A DNA stretch of 55,203 nt from Hyphomicrobiales bacterium (GTDB lineage: Bacteria > Pseudomonadota > Alphaproteobacteria > Rhizobiales > Rhizobiaceae): positions 1-55,203 of the forward strand of contig JBBSOT010000001.1 of assembly GCA_038259455.1 (NCBI GenBank), read 5' to 3'. The stretch's first letter is position 1, and every line of letters starts with the position of its first letter. Shown piece after piece: positions 1 through 10,952 of this stretch. Made by a program: the position numbers and the translations under genes. The notes under the pieces were generated by a model. That model had not been told where the DNA came from. It did no database searches and saw only the letters and a list, made by a program, of their open reading frames with translations.

Positions 1-135
1 AAATTCGTGAGCGAGATCTGTCGATTGCGCGAGGTAAGAGGATATCTCCTCAGCGTGATGTCCACTGAACCCCTGACCCGCCAGAATTTTGCGGCAGGTC
101 TCCTCGGTCTCGTAGATCAAAATTAGCTTCGGCAT
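1..135 (-). CDS. partial CDS (N-terminal 45 codons only), unknown product
   Basis: ATG at 133-135 (reverse strand) opens a frame that runs off the window: MPKLILIYETEETCRKILAGQGFSGHHAEEISSYLAQSTDLAHEF. It is co-directional with, and 21 nt downstream of, the lactonase stop. The sequence loosely resembles N-termini of Ldh_2-type oxidoreductases, but it is too short to call. Confidence 0.3.
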   Translation of the reverse strand, partial: MPKLILIYETEETCRKILAGQGFSGHHAEEISSYLAQSTDLAHEF

Positions 136-156
136 CTTCACGGCGGGGCCATGCGT

Positions 157-1035
157 TCAGATGACGAGGCGAGGGTCGAAGCGGCCCTTTACCGGCCGAT
201 CGATCAGGAACGTCTTGCCGGCTTCCGGGTCGCGCTGGCGAGCATTGCGATCCATTCCCTGCCAAGCCGATGTCACGGCGATGCGGTTGGCATCGGAGCC
301 GACAAAGGCGGGGCAACTTGTCTGAGTCGCCGGCATATCGATCGAAAGGATGCGCTTCCCGTCAGGTGAATAGGCATCAAGGCTCGCTGCCCCCCACCGT
401 GCGTTCCAAAGCACGCCTTCGGCATCCACCACCGAACCGTCGAGGCCACCTTGGCCGCCGCGTTGGTCGAAGAAGACAACTGGCTCCGAGACAGGCAGGC
501 CGGAGAGTGGATCGCAATCAACCCGCATCAGAATGTTGATGCCAGTATCCGTAAAGTAGGCCGCAGCACCATCTGGGGAAAAACAGATAGAATTTGGAAT
601 TGTTATGCCTGGGAAGATGCAGCGTACCTCGCCCTTGTGGAACCAATAGATCGAACCGGCGGCTTTTTCCTCGTTCTTCCCCATCGTGCTGAACCACAGG
701 GCGCCGCATGGATGGACGCGGGAATCGTTCGAGCGCGTCATCTGGTTTTCAGACTCTACCAACGTGTGCGCGCTGATGGCTCCGGTGCGGACTTCGCGGA
801 TGTGCAACCCGGTTTCGGTCACCAGCATCTGCCTGTCATCATCGATCACCGCGAGCGCGCTGGTCATCTCGGGAAGATCGTGGACGATTACCGTCCCGGT
901 CGGCATCGACTTTTCGAGCAACTGTCGCCCGCGAATGTCAAACCAGAACAACTTTCCGGCCAGAGGATCGTAGGTCGGCCCTTCCCCCAGATGGCATGCG
1001 ATGTCGCAGAGAACCGATACGCCCGAGATGCTCAT
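157..1035 (-). CDS. SMP-30/gluconolactonase/LRE family sugar lactonase
   Basis: 292-aa ORF. The N-terminus CHLGEGPTYDPLAGKLFWFDI and the overall beta-propeller-like repeat pattern are typical of the SMP-30/regucalcin lactonase family. Its start overlaps the dgoA stop by 4 nt (1032-1035), consistent with one operon. Confidence 0.85.
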   Translation of the reverse strand: MSISGVSVLCDIACHLGEGPTYDPLAGKLFWFDIRGRQLLEKSMPTGTVIVHDLPEMTSALAVIDDDRQMLVTETGLHIREVRTGAISAHTLVESENQMTRSNDSRVHPCGALWFSTMGKNEEKAAGSIYWFHKGEVRCIFPGITIPNSICFSPDGAAAYFTDTGINILMRVDCDPLSGLPVSEPVVFFDQRGGQGGLDGSVVDAEGVLWNARWGAASLDAYSPDGKRILSIDMPATQTSCPAFVGSDANRIAVTSAWQGMDRNARQRDPEAGKTFLIDRPVKGRFDPRLVI

Positions 1036-1670
1036 GCCGATGCTCCGCCAAACGCTTTATCCCAGGCGTTCACGGCATCGACAGCACGCGCTCTGACTTC
1101 ATCGACAGTCATTCCTGGCTTGAAGAGGCTCGATCCCAGACCGAATGTCCGAATGCCGATACGGGCGTAGTCGGCAAAATCCTTATCGGAAACCCCACCA
1201 ACCGCGCCGACGACCGTGTCCTTGGGCAGGACCGCCATGATGGCCGATATGCCGCTTGGCCCGAGTGCACTTGCCGGAAAGAATTTCAGCGCCGAAGCGC
1301 CGTACTTAAGTGCCAGAAACGCTTCCGAAGGCGTAAAGACACCCGGCATGGTGACCATTCCGCAGTCCTGGGCCCGTGCCATGACGGCAGGATCAATATT
1401 GGGGCTGACCAGCAACCTACCTCCGGCATCGTGCAGTCGGTCTACTTGTTCGGGCGTCAGCACCGTTCCTGCACCGATCAATGCGCTATCAGGCAGGCCA
1501 ACTGCCAGGCTTTCGATCGAACTGAATGGATCCGGCGAATTCAGCGGCACCTCGATAGCCTCGATCCCGGCCTCAAGGACCGCCGTTCCCACAGCAAGCG
1601 CCTCAACGGGCCTGAGACCCCGCAAGATCGCCACTAGGTTGCGACGAAGGTTCGGAAATGCCGTTGTCAT
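1032..1670 (-). CDS. dgoA: 2-dehydro-3-deoxy-6-phosphogalactonate (KDPGal) aldolase
   Basis: The track ORF 1032..2378 is over-extended. The homologous part starts at MTTAFPNLRRNLVAILRGLRP (ATG at 1668-1670), giving 212 aa of the KDPG/KHG aldolase family. There is an ATGA overlap with the upstream kinase stop (1667-1669). Confidence 0.85.
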   Translation of the reverse strand: MTTAFPNLRRNLVAILRGLRPVEALAVGTAVLEAGIEAIEVPLNSPDPFSSIESLAVGLPDSALIGAGTVLTPEQVDRLHDAGGRLLVSPNIDPAVMARAQDCGMVTMPGVFTPSEAFLALKYGASALKFFPASALGPSGISAIMAVLPKDTVVGAVGGVSDKDFADYARIGIRTFGLGSSLFKPGMTVDEVRARAVDAVNAWDKAFGGASA

Positions 1671-2602
1671 GCCGCTCTCTCGACCCATCCAAGGTGCCTG
1701 GCGGCCTCGTAGAGACCGATCCGAACTGCCTCTTCGGCGTCGGCATGGACGACCGAGCACCCAGCCAGCTTCAACGCATGAGCATAAAGCAGACCCAACG
1801 GCCCGGATCCAACAAGAACAATTCCAACTGCTGGCCGTGCGAATGTGCGCAGCGCGGAGGCGATTTCGGCACCGATCAGCAATCCGGATAACGTTGCTGC
1901 GGCATCGGCGGGCTGCAAGTCCTGAAGCAATGTGGCAGCGCGTATGCGAAACAGACTGGAACTGATGTCGCCGCCACCGCCAAGTGCCTGGCGGCACGCA
2001 GCAATGAAGAACGGATTGTCGGGCTGGGAAGAGACGGTAACATTGCCTATTGAGTGGCGCAGGATCGACTGCGTCGCGAGGAGGGCGAACAGTTCGCCCG
2101 TAAGCCATGTGCGAAAACGTTCGATGGAGCCATCTGTGGTCTGAACCCACTTGGAATGGGTGCCTGGCATGCAAACAAGATGACGACCCTTGCCGATAAG
2201 CGGCGAGATTCCGGCCAATTGGGTTTCTTCGCCGCGCATGACGTCGGGCGTTTCCTCGTCTGTCTGGGAGAGACCCGGCAGAATCTCGACCTGGCGGGAA
2301 AGCCCGGGCACCGAGACTGCGCCTTCGAGGATGGCTCGCAGGTTGGCCGGCACTTTTACATAAGGCGCTTCCAGCCATCCCTGCCGGGCACCTGCCATCC
2401 CGCAGACGATCACGCGCAGATCTCCTGGGGCGCCTGCATCGGCCAGATAGCGCTCAAGAACCGCCGAAAACCCTTCCGTGGCCGCGACCAGCATTCCTTC
2501 GCTGCCGCGCCTTTCGGCAACGATTGATCCACTGGCATCAAGCAGCCACAGCCTGAAGCTTGACGTTCCCCAATCGACAGCGGCCAGTACCGCTTTTGTC
2601 AA
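1667..2602 (-). CDS. dgoK: 2-dehydro-3-deoxygalactonokinase
   Basis: 311 aa. The N-terminal AAVDWGTSSFRLWLLD motif is typical of DgoK. It is operonic with dgoA through overlapping stop and start codons. Confidence 0.85.
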   Translation of the reverse strand: MTKAVLAAVDWGTSSFRLWLLDASGSIVAERRGSEGMLVAATEGFSAVLERYLADAGAPGDLRVIVCGMAGARQGWLEAPYVKVPANLRAILEGAVSVPGLSRQVEILPGLSQTDEETPDVMRGEETQLAGISPLIGKGRHLVCMPGTHSKWVQTTDGSIERFRTWLTGELFALLATQSILRHSIGNVTVSSQPDNPFFIAACRQALGGGGDISSSLFRIRAATLLQDLQPADAAATLSGLLIGAEIASALRTFARPAVGIVLVGSGPLGLLYAHALKLAGCSVVHADAEEAVRIGLYEAARHLGWVERAA

Positions 2603-3366
2603 AGGTAGCCTCCGTCGACAATGAGCGTCTGCGCCGTAAGCATGCGGGATGCATCAGAAGCCAGAAACAGGCAGGGCCCCACCATGTCGGCCGGTTGCAT
2701 AGCTTCGCGAATGCACTGCTTTTCGATATGCGCGTTGATTGCTTTCTCGGTTACCCAAAGCCTGCGTTGCCGTTCCGTCATGACCCAGCCCGGCGCCACG
2801 GCATTAACCCGTATCCCGTCAGGCCCGAGCTTGCCGGCAAGGCCCTTGGTCAGACCGATGACGCCGGCCTTTGCGGCCGTGTAGGATGGCATGTCGGGGC
2901 TGTTGATCATGAATGATGTGGAGGTGAAGTTGATGATCGACCCCTTGCCGGCCTTTATCATTCCAGGCGCGACGGCCTGCACGGCGAAGAACTGCGGGCG
3001 CAGATTGATGGCCTGGTTCTCGTCCCAAAATTCAACGGTGACGTCCTTCATGTTATGGCGCTGATCGTAGGCGGCGTTATTGATGAGCACGGTCGCGGCG
3101 CCATTTGCGCTTGCAGCTTCTGCGACAGCAGAGCGCAACGCTTCAGTGTCGCGCAGGTCAGCCATGATGAAGAGGGGACGATTTCCCGTGGATTTCGAAA
3201 CCTTTTCGACCAATTCCCGGCTGGGCTCTTCTGCGATGTCTATGAACGAGACCTTACAACCCTGCCTGGCGAATCCCTCCGTCAGCGCGGCTCCAATACC
3301 GCTCCCACCTCCTGTAATAAGGACGGAAGCACCTTGCAGGTCTGGAAATTTCGCCGATGGCATCAT
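2599..3366 (-). CDS. SDR family oxidoreductase (possible sugar 1-dehydrogenase of the galactonate pathway)
   Basis: 255 aa. It carries the Rossmann motif TGGGSGIG, the NNAA motif and the catalytic YxxxK (YTAAK). It overlaps the dgoK start by 4 nt. Confidence 0.85.
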   Translation of the reverse strand: MMPSAKFPDLQGASVLITGGGSGIGAALTEGFARQGCKVSFIDIAEEPSRELVEKVSKSTGNRPLFIMADLRDTEALRSAVAEAASANGAATVLINNAAYDQRHNMKDVTVEFWDENQAINLRPQFFAVQAVAPGMIKAGKGSIINFTSTSFMINSPDMPSYTAAKAGVIGLTKGLAGKLGPDGIRVNAVAPGWVMTERQRRLWVTEKAINAHIEKQCIREAMQPADMVGPCLFLASDASRMLTAQTLIVDGGYL

Positions 3367-3607
3367 CTCGCAGGAACTCCTTCAATGCAGGTTTGCCGGT
3401 TGGCGCACAACGTATCGGCGAGCTTGCCAAGAGGGCAATAGCCGCTGCTGGCGATTTTGTGTGCCATCCGTTTTGTCGTTGGCCACGGAATAGCATTTCG
3501 ATCGCTAACCCACTAGTTGCACCCTATGGCGAATTGACCGTCTGTGGCGGGCATGGTCAAAGGCCGGACAAATCCAAGGCCGAATTCCGATCACTGGAGC
3601 CCAATCG

Positions 3608-5785
3608 ATGACCGATCGCACTGAGATATCCGGCATGCACGTCGCATGCTCGCTACACGACTTCGTTGCCAACGAAGTCTTGCCAGGCACGGGTGTCGAC
3701 GCCAACGCATTCTGGGCTGGTCTCGCGAATCTGGTGGGCGATCTTGCCCCTCGTAACCGCGAACTTCTGGCCAAGCGTGCAGACTTGCAGGAGACCATCG
3801 ATGAATGGCACCGCAAGAATGGCGCGCCGTCGGACATCGAAGTCTACAAATCCTTCCTGACCGATGTCGGCTACCTCGCGGCTGAAGGCCCTTCGTTCAG
3901 CGTTACGACCGAGAATGTGGATCCGGAAATTTCGACCGTTGCTGGTCCACAACTCGTCGTACCGGTGGCCAATGCGCGCTATGCGTTGAACGCAGCAAAT
4001 GCCCGGTGGGGTTCGCTCTATGACGCGCTATACGGTACGGACGCGATCCCGGACGAAGGAGGCGCGGAAAAGGGTAGGGTGTACAACCCGGTTCGGGGCA
4101 GGAAGGTCGTTGATTGGGTGCGCAGTTTCCTCGACGAGGCAGTGCCCCTGGACGGCGCCTCCTGGCAGGATGCACGGGGTTTTTCCGTTGCAGGCGCCCA
4201 ACTCGTTATCGCCGTCGGAGCGGCGGAAAGTGTCGGCCTAAAGGCGCTGGATGACTTTGCTGGCTATTGCGGCGATGCAGGTTCGCCCGAGCGGCTGCTG
4301 CTCAGGAACAATGGCATCCATATCGAACTGATGATCGACGCAACGTCCGAGATCGGCAAATCCGATCCGGCGCATATTTCAGATGTCGTTCTGGAGTCGG
4401 CCTTGACGACCATCCAGGATTTCGAGGATTCGATCGCCGCAGTCGACGCCGAGGACAAGGTCGCGGCCTATCGCAACTGGCTCGGACTGATGAAAGGTGA
4501 CCTGCGGGAGGAAGTATCCAAGGGTGGCGAGACTTTTGTAAGGACGCTCAATCCAGATCGAGCCTACCAGGCCCCGGACGGTTCGGCCCTTGAACTGGCA
4601 GGGCGCTCCTTGATGCTCGTGCGCAATGTGGGTCACCTGATGACAAACCCGGCCGTACTTGACGCCGATGGCAATGAAATACCCGAAGGACTGATGGACG
4701 CCGCGATCACGGGACTGATCGCCATGTATGACATCGGTCCGAATGGCCGCCGCAAGAATTCGCGGGCCGGTTCGATGTATATTGTCAAGCCGAAGATGCA
4801 CGGACCGGAAGAAGTGGCCTTTGCGGTCCAGCTATTCGGACGTGTCGAGCAGATGTTGGGCCTCGATCGCAATACGCTGAAGATGGGCATCATGGACGAA
4901 GAACGCCGGACAACGGTGAACCTCAAGGAGTGCATCAGGGCGGCCAGGGAGAGGGTTGTTTTCATCAACACCGGCTTCCTAGACCGGACCGGCGACGAGA
5001 TACACACTTCGATGGAGGCAGGCCCGATGATCAGAAAGGGGGACATGAAGCAGGCGGCATGGATAGCTGCCTACGAGGCGCACAATGTCGATGTCGGGCT
5101 CGAATGCGGTCTGGCCGGCCATGCCCAGATCGGCAAGGGGATGTGGGCTATGCCCGACCTTATGGCGGCGATGCTGGAACAGAAGATCGCGCATCCGCTG
5201 GCCGGCGCCAACACTGCGTGGGTTCCATCGCCGACCGCTGCGACATTGCATGCCACGCACTATCACAAGGTGGACGTGCATGAAGTTCAGACGCGGCTCA
5301 AGGACAGGCCGAAAGCCAAGCTTGACGACATCCTGTCAATTCCGGTCGCTGTGCGGCCAAACTGGACCGATGATGAGATCCAGATGGAACTGGACAACAA
5401 CGCCCAAGGCATCCTCGGCTATGTTGTGCGCTGGATCGATCAGGGCGTTGGCTGCTCGAAAGTGCCTGACATCGACGATATCGGCCTGATGGAGGACCGA
5501 GCGACACTCCGCATATCCTCCCAGCATATTGCAAATTGGCTGCATCATGGCGTTTGCAGCGAGGAGCAGGTCATGCAAACCATGAAGCGCATGGCTGGAA
5601 TCGTCGATCGCCAGAACGAGGGCGATCCGCTCTATCGTCCGATGGCACCGGATTTCGACACTTCGATCGCCTTTCAGGCCGCCTGCGACTTGGTTTTCAA
5701 GGGTCGCCAACAGCCCAGCGGCTACACCGAGCCGGTTCTTCATGCGCGCCGTCTTGAGCTGAAAGCGCTTCCAGCGCGGGGCTGA
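3608..5785 (+). CDS. glcB: malate synthase G
   Basis: 725 aa, the length and sequence expected for the malate synthase G family throughout (for example [33 protein letters not shown]). Confidence 0.95.
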   Translation: MTDRTEISGMHVACSLHDFVANEVLPGTGVDANAFWAGLANLVGDLAPRNRELLAKRADLQETIDEWHRKNGAPSDIEVYKSFLTDVGYLAAEGPSFSVTTENVDPEISTVAGPQLVVPVANARYALNAANARWGSLYDALYGTDAIPDEGGAEKGRVYNPVRGRKVVDWVRSFLDEAVPLDGASWQDARGFSVAGAQLVIAVGAAESVGLKALDDFAGYCGDAGSPERLLLRNNGIHIELMIDATSEIGKSDPAHISDVVLESALTTIQDFEDSIAAVDAEDKVAAYRNWLGLMKGDLREEVSKGGETFVRTLNPDRAYQAPDGSALELAGRSLMLVRNVGHLMTNPAVLDADGNEIPEGLMDAAITGLIAMYDIGPNGRRKNSRAGSMYIVKPKMHGPEEVAFAVQLFGRVEQMLGLDRNTLKMGIMDEERRTTVNLKECIRAARERVVFINTGFLDRTGDEIHTSMEAGPMIRKGDMKQAAWIAAYEAHNVDVGLECGLAGHAQIGKGMWAMPDLMAAMLEQKIAHPLAGANTAWVPSPTAATLHATHYHKVDVHEVQTRLKDRPKAKLDDILSIPVAVRPNWTDDEIQMELDNNAQGILGYVVRWIDQGVGCSKVPDIDDIGLMEDRATLRISSQHIANWLHHGVCSEEQVMQTMKRMAGIVDRQNEGDPLYRPMAPDFDTSIAFQAACDLVFKGRQQPSGYTEPVLHARRLELKALPARG

Positions 5786-5873
5786 GGCCGATGGATTTGG
5801 TGAAGACAGGCAACGTCACGCGCGGCAGTCGGTGGATGTCGGTGATAGCGGCAAACGAGTGTCGGGTGCGATA

Positions 5874-6551
5874 GTGAAGCTGCTTGCGATCGACACCTCA
5901 TCGACGCTTTGTTCCGCCTGCGTCTATGACACCACGACGCAGGTCGAGGACGGGCGCGACGTTCTGGATCTGGGCAAAGGCCACGCCGAACATTTGATGG
6001 CCGTGGTCGAAGGCGCCCTTCAGAAGGCAGAAATTGCCTTTTCGGACATCGGGTCCATAGCGGTCAGCATTGGTCCAGGTTCGTTCACTGGCGTCCGGGT
6101 CGGTGTGTCAGCCGCGCGCGGCTTCGCTATGGCGCTGGGGATACCGGCGAGCAGCGTGACAACCCTGGAGGCCCTGGCTGCTGAAGTGCGCGAAAGCTTC
6201 GGTGCGCGCCAGGTGTTGAGCGCTCTCGACGCCGGCCGCGGCGAGATCAATGCTGCCTTCTATGACGGGGCCGGCGGCGTGATTCAGGCGCCATCAGTCA
6301 TGAGCCTGGCAGACGCTGTCGACCTTGCTCGGAGTTCCGGTGCCGTGGTCACCGGTTCGGCCGCTCAAATGATCATACAGGGCCAAACCGCACTTCAAAT
6401 CGGATCGACCTTGGCAACTGCCGACATTCGCTTTTATGCGCAGATCGCGGCCGGCAGGAAGATGGGCGACGAAAGGCCCAAGCCGCTGTATTTGCGAGAC
6501 GCGGACGCAAAGCCTCAGGCCGGGTTTGTTCTGCCAAGGCAGGAAAAGTGA
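5874..6551 (+). CDS. tsaB: tRNA t6A37 biosynthesis protein TsaB
   Basis: The track ORF starts at GTG 5832. The homolog-like N-terminus VKLLAIDTSS begins at GTG 5874. The GPGSFTGVRVG motif is typical of TsaB/YeaZ. Start choice is uncertain (5832 or 5874). Confidence 0.85.
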   Translation: MKLLAIDTSSTLCSACVYDTTTQVEDGRDVLDLGKGHAEHLMAVVEGALQKAEIAFSDIGSIAVSIGPGSFTGVRVGVSAARGFAMALGIPASSVTTLEALAAEVRESFGARQVLSALDAGRGEINAAFYDGAGGVIQAPSVMSLADAVDLARSSGAVVTGSAAQMIIQGQTALQIGSTLATADIRFYAQIAAGRKMGDERPKPLYLRDADAKPQAGFVLPRQEK

Positions 6552-7042
6552 TGCGCATCCCGTTTCTCATGTCGCGTGTGCCCGACTATTTTCTGGAAGC
6601 ACTTTCCGCCAAGGACAGTTCGGCGATCGCAGCGCTACACCAGGAAGATTTCCACCGGCCCTGGACGGATGGCGAATTCTCTGACCTGCTTGAGCAAGAA
6701 ACTGTATTTGGCTTCATCGCGCGCGAAACAGGACGTGGTAGCTATCCTCCTGCCGGATTTGTGCTGGCGCGGTTGGCGGCCGACGAGGCCGAGATACTGA
6801 CGATCGCAGTTTCAAGGGCCCATCGCAGGAGGGGCCTGGGGTGGCGGTTGATGGATGCCGTCCTTCGCGAACTGCATCGGGAGCGCGCTGAAGCCCTGTT
6901 TCTCGAGGTCGATGAAGTCAACGTCGCGGCCATAGCGCTTTACCGACGTTTCGGTTTCTCGCAGGTCGGCAAGCGTCCAGATTATTACCAGTCGGCGACC
7001 GGTGCTTCCGGCGCGCTTGTCATGCGCCGCGATCTTCGGTAG
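6548..7042 (+). CDS. rimI: ribosomal-protein-alanine N-acetyltransferase (GNAT)
   Basis: 164 aa with the GNAT acetyl-CoA motif RRRGLGWRLM. It overlaps the tsaB stop, and the tsaB-rimI pairing is widely conserved. The start could be GTG 6548 or ATG 6551. Confidence 0.8.
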   Translation: MMRIPFLMSRVPDYFLEALSAKDSSAIAALHQEDFHRPWTDGEFSDLLEQETVFGFIARETGRGSYPPAGFVLARLAADEAEILTIAVSRAHRRRGLGWRLMDAVLRELHRERAEALFLEVDEVNVAAIALYRRFGFSQVGKRPDYYQSATGASGALVMRRDLR

Positions 7043-7075
7043 CGGGTGGCCCATCCCGAAGGAGCAGGGCGCGAC

Positions 7076-7873
7076 ATGATCGGCTGGGCAAGGCTTCTGA
7101 TCGCACTTTCTTGCGTGCTTTTGGCGACACTTGTGCTGGTACCCGTTCAACTTCTTGCGATGCGTACTGGATGGTACAGCGAGAATCTTGCTCGCGGCCT
7201 TTGGCACAGGATAAACATCAAGGCTCTCGGCTTTCGTATCCACGTTGTGGGCGAGGTGACGCCTCAGCGCCCGTTGCTGATAGCGTCCAACCACATCTCC
7301 TGGACCGACATCGAGGTCATGGCGTCGCAGCTCGACGCAACTTTCATCGCCAAGTCGGACATCGAGGCCTGGCCGGTTATCGGGAAGCTGTTCAGGTTGC
7401 AACGCCCGATTTTTGTCGAACGCCACCGCAAACGCAAGACCGGAGACCAGGTCGGCGAAATCGCCGAAAGGATGAGCGGCGACCAGCCGATCGTGTTGTT
7501 TCCGGAGGGCACGACTGGTGACGGGAACATGATCTTGCCGTTCAAGACCTCGCTGTTTGGCGCCGCGACGATGGCGGTCGGCAACGGTCGGGAGAGTGTT
7601 CACATACAGCCGGTGGCGGTTGTCTATACGCGCATCCACGGTCTCCCCATGGGAAGGATGTATCGGCCCCTTGCTGCGTGGATCGGAGACACTGCTCTCT
7701 TGCCGCATCTATCGGCACTGCTGCGTGGCGGCGGAATGGATGTTGAGCTGCACTTTGGTACTCCGATCGAATTTTCGGCCGGATCAAGTCGAAAGGCAAC
7801 TGCAAGGCAGGTTGAAACCCGCGTCAGGGAGATGATGCAGGCGGCGCTTCGAGATCCCCGCCCTAGTGCATAG
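7076..7873 (+). CDS. lysophospholipid (1-acyl-sn-glycerol-3-phosphate) acyltransferase family protein
   Basis: Contains the acyltransferase HX4D motif (NHISWTD), the FPEGT motif and an N-terminal TM helix. ATG 7076 is preceded by GGAG. The track start is GTG 7046. Confidence 0.8.
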   Translation: MIGWARLLIALSCVLLATLVLVPVQLLAMRTGWYSENLARGLWHRINIKALGFRIHVVGEVTPQRPLLIASNHISWTDIEVMASQLDATFIAKSDIEAWPVIGKLFRLQRPIFVERHRKRKTGDQVGEIAERMSGDQPIVLFPEGTTGDGNMILPFKTSLFGAATMAVGNGRESVHIQPVAVVYTRIHGLPMGRMYRPLAAWIGDTALLPHLSALLRGGGMDVELHFGTPIEFSAGSSRKATARQVETRVREMMQAALRDPRPSA

Positions 7874-7921
7874 CTTTGCGATGCTGAACGGCGCTTCGCC
7901 AGAATCGGCTATTTTTTGCCG

Positions 7922-9361
7922 ATGGAAATCGTTAGAAGCCGCCAGATGAAACATGAAGATCCTAAAAATAACGCAAGAGGTCCGGCGCCAGCCGCAGTTT
8001 TGGGACCCAGACCGGAGTTGCAAGCCAGGAAGGTCTTCATCAAGACCTATGGTTGTCAGATGAATGTCTATGATTCCCAGCGCATGACCGATGCGTTGGG
8101 AGCAGATGGCTATGTCAGCACGCAAACCATCGAGGACGCAGATCTGGTGCTCCTCAATACCTGCCATATCCGTGAGAAGGCAGCGGAAAAGGTTTATTCC
8201 GAACTTGGACGGATCCGTGCGGTCAAGGCAGAACGAGGCAAGCAGGGGCTGCAGACGATCATAGGCGTGGCCGGTTGCGTGGCTCAGGCCGAGGGGCGCG
8301 AGATCATGCGGCGCGAGGCATCCGTCGACCTGGTGATCGGGCCACAGACCTACCACAAGCTTCCCGACGCGCTTCGCAAGGTGCGCGGCGGCAGCAAGAT
8401 AGTTGAGACGGACTACGCAATCGAAGACAAGTTCGAGCACCTTCCGGCCCCGCGACCGGCCCAGATCATAGGCCGCGGAGTGACAGCCTTCCTGACTGTT
8501 CAGGAGGGCTGCGACAAGTTCTGCACCTTCTGCGTTGTGCCATACACGCGCGGGTCTGAGGTGTCGCGGCCTGTCGTCCAGATCGTCGCGGAAGCCGAAA
8601 GGCTGGCTGAATCCGGTGTGCGCGAGATCACGCTGCTTGGCCAGAACGTCAATGCCTGGCACGGTGTCGGACCCGACGGCAAGGAGTGGGGTCTTGGAAG
8701 ACTGCTGTTTGCGTTGGCAGAAATACCCGGTCTCGCGCGGCTGCGCTATACGACCAGCCATCCGCGCGACATGGATGACGCGCTCATTGCTGCTCACCGT
8801 GATTTGCCAGCGCTAATGCCTTACCTTCACTTGCCGGTACAGAGCGGTTCCGACCGCGTGCTTAAGGCCATGAACCGGCGTCACACCGCCGCTGACTATA
8901 TGAGGCTGATCGAGCGTATCAGGGCCGCGCGGTCGGACATTGCCATGTCCGGAGACTTCATCGTCGGGTTCCCGGGTGAGACTGACAGCGATTTCGAGGC
9001 GACCATGGAATTGGTCGGGAACGTCGGGTACGCGCAGGCGTTCTCCTTCAAATACTCGCCACGTCCCGGCACCCCTGGAGCGGAGATGGATTGTCACGTA
9101 CCGGAATCAGTGAAGGATGAGCGCCTGCAGAGGCTTCAGGAATTGCTGCTGAGTCAGCAACGCGACTTCGCCGCCAGGTTGATCGGTACAACAATGGATG
9201 CACTCATCGAAAAACCCGGTCGCAAGGCTGGCCAGCGTGTCGGTCGGTCTCCGTGGCTGCAGCCCGTTATTCTTGATGAAACAACTGGCGAAATCGGTGA
9301 CATTGTAAGTGTGCGAATCATTAACGCAGGCCAAAGCAGCCTGTTCGCCGAACGAGCATGA
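7922..9361 (+). CDS. miaB: tRNA-2-methylthio-N6-dimethylallyladenosine synthase (radical SAM methylthiotransferase)
   Basis: Has the N-terminal [10 protein letters not shown] motif, the radical SAM CxxxCxxC motif (CDKFCTFC) and a C-terminal TRAM domain. The start is ambiguous (TTG 7916, ATG 7922 or ATG 7946). Confidence 0.95.
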   Translation: MEIVRSRQMKHEDPKNNARGPAPAAVLGPRPELQARKVFIKTYGCQMNVYDSQRMTDALGADGYVSTQTIEDADLVLLNTCHIREKAAEKVYSELGRIRAVKAERGKQGLQTIIGVAGCVAQAEGREIMRREASVDLVIGPQTYHKLPDALRKVRGGSKIVETDYAIEDKFEHLPAPRPAQIIGRGVTAFLTVQEGCDKFCTFCVVPYTRGSEVSRPVVQIVAEAERLAESGVREITLLGQNVNAWHGVGPDGKEWGLGRLLFALAEIPGLARLRYTTSHPRDMDDALIAAHRDLPALMPYLHLPVQSGSDRVLKAMNRRHTAADYMRLIERIRAARSDIAMSGDFIVGFPGETDSDFEATMELVGNVGYAQAFSFKYSPRPGTPGAEMDCHVPESVKDERLQRLQELLLSQQRDFAARLIGTTMDALIEKPGRKAGQRVGRSPWLQPVILDETTGEIGDIVSVRIINAGQSSLFAERA

Positions 9362-10428
9362 CGGCGGATCACAGCGAGGAGAGTCGTTTGAGCGCTACCG
9401 AATTGAAGGACCCGCCCTCAGGGGCGTCAGATATGGCCCATATCGTTCTGACATTCGACAATAACAAACTGGCCAGCGCTCTTTACGGGCAGTTTGACGA
9501 GAACTTGGCACGCCTTGAGCAAAAACTGGGTGTAGACATTCACTCGCGCGGCAATCAGATCACGATAAAGGGCTCTTCATCGGCGGCCGAGCAGGCAAGG
9601 CGAGCGCTCGACAATCTCTACGGCATTCTCCAGAAGGGCGCCGATATTGGCCAGTCCGATGTCGACGGAGCGGTCCGAATGGCTGTCGCCGTCGACGACC
9701 AGATGGTTCTGCCCACGCTCGAACGCAAGGGTAAGATGGCAGCTGCGCAAATTGGCACGCGCAAGCGCACAATCTATGCCCGGTCGCTCAACCAGGACGC
9801 CTATATGCGCGCGCTGGATCGTTCGGAACTGGTGTTCGGCATTGGTCCGGCCGGTACCGGCAAGACTTACCTAGCGGTGGCTCATGCAGCGATGCTGCTC
9901 GAGCGCGGCATGGTCGAGCGGATCGTCCTGTCGCGACCCGCGGTGGAAGCAGGCGAACGGTTGGGCTTCTTGCCCGGCGACATGAAGGAGAAGGTCGATC
10001 CTTACCTTCGTCCTTTGTACGATGCGCTTTACGACATGATGCCGGCAGACAAGGTCGAGCGCGCCATTGCCGCGGAAGTGATCGAGATTGCTCCGCTGGC
10101 CTTTATGCGCGGGCGTACGCTGGCGCATTGCGCGGTAATTCTCGACGAAGCCCAGAACACCACGCCGATGCAGATGAAGATGTTCCTGACCCGTCTTGGC
10201 GAAGGGTCTCGGATGATTGTTACCGGCGACCCGACGCAGATCGATCTGCCGTCGAACACGAAGTCGGGCCTTGTGGAGGCGTTGCGCATTCTTGATGGCG
10301 TTGCCGGATCGGTGACCGTGCGGTTCACCGACACCGACGTCGTGAGGCATCCTCTGGTGGCGGAAATAGTCAGGGCATACGACCGCGATGCAAAGATGGC
10401 GCGCGGATTCGGAGCAAGCGAAGGGTGA
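9358..10428 (+). CDS. ybeZ: PhoH family ATPase (YbeZ)
   Basis: 356 aa with Walker A GPAGTGKT and the PhoH signature. It sits in the conserved miaB-ybeZ-ybeY-ybeX-lnt order. There is an ATGA overlap with the miaB stop. Confidence 0.9.
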   Translation: MTADHSEESRLSATELKDPPSGASDMAHIVLTFDNNKLASALYGQFDENLARLEQKLGVDIHSRGNQITIKGSSSAAEQARRALDNLYGILQKGADIGQSDVDGAVRMAVAVDDQMVLPTLERKGKMAAAQIGTRKRTIYARSLNQDAYMRALDRSELVFGIGPAGTGKTYLAVAHAAMLLERGMVERIVLSRPAVEAGERLGFLPGDMKEKVDPYLRPLYDALYDMMPADKVERAIAAEVIEIAPLAFMRGRTLAHCAVILDEAQNTTPMQMKMFLTRLGEGSRMIVTGDPTQIDLPSNTKSGLVEALRILDGVAGSVTVRFTDTDVVRHPLVAEIVRAYDRDAKMARGFGASEG

Positions 10429-10458
10429 GGCAGAGAGGTTCCGCGCCAAAAAGGTTCG

Positions 10459-10947
10459 ATGAATTCATCCGTGACTAAAGTCGAAATAGACCTGCTTGTA
10501 GAAGCAGGAAACTGGACAGGCGAGGATGAACTCAGCGAGTTGGTGTCGGGCGCCGTCGCAGCGGTCCTTGCCGAATTGGGACTAAATCTCGAGGCGCCGA
10601 GCGAACTGAGTGTCGTCTTCTCCGACGACGCCCACGTCGCCCGATTGAACGCTGCATGGCGAGGCAAGGACACGCCTACCAACGTTTTATCATTTCCTGC
10701 ATTTCCGGTCAGGAGCGGCGACCCAATACCGCCAATGCTCGGCGATATCGTGCTTGCATCAGAAACGATCGAGCGCGAAGCTCGGCTGGAAGGCAAACGG
10801 CTGAGCCACCATATCACTCATCTGTTGATCCACGGCATGCTCCATCTTTTGGGTCATGATCACGAAAATGACCGGGACGCGGAGGCAATGGAAGCGATCG
10901 AGCGCTTGGCTCTTGCCAGACTTGCCATTCCCGATCCCTACGCGTAA
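10459..10947 (+). CDS. ybeY: rRNA maturation endoribonuclease YbeY
   Basis: 162 aa with the metal-binding motif [11 protein letters not shown]. Confidence 0.95.
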   Translation: MNSSVTKVEIDLLVEAGNWTGEDELSELVSGAVAAVLAELGLNLEAPSELSVVFSDDAHVARLNAAWRGKDTPTNVLSFPAFPVRSGDPIPPMLGDIVLASETIEREARLEGKRLSHHITHLLIHGMLHLLGHDHENDRDAEAMEAIERLALARLAIPDPYA

Positions 10948-10952
10948 CAGGA

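Noticed and set aside
50-369. ORFs 50..316 (-) and 151..369 (+) at the left edge
   Set aside because: Both overlap the well-supported lactonase gene or its 3' flank in other frames and have Arg/Pro-rich nonsense-like translations.
3367-3607. Glycine or other riboswitch upstream of malate synthase glcB
   Set aside because: No glycine-riboswitch-like core (GGAGAG...CACCG...) or strong structure is visible. The spacer is more simply a divergent promoter region between the SDR operon and glcB.
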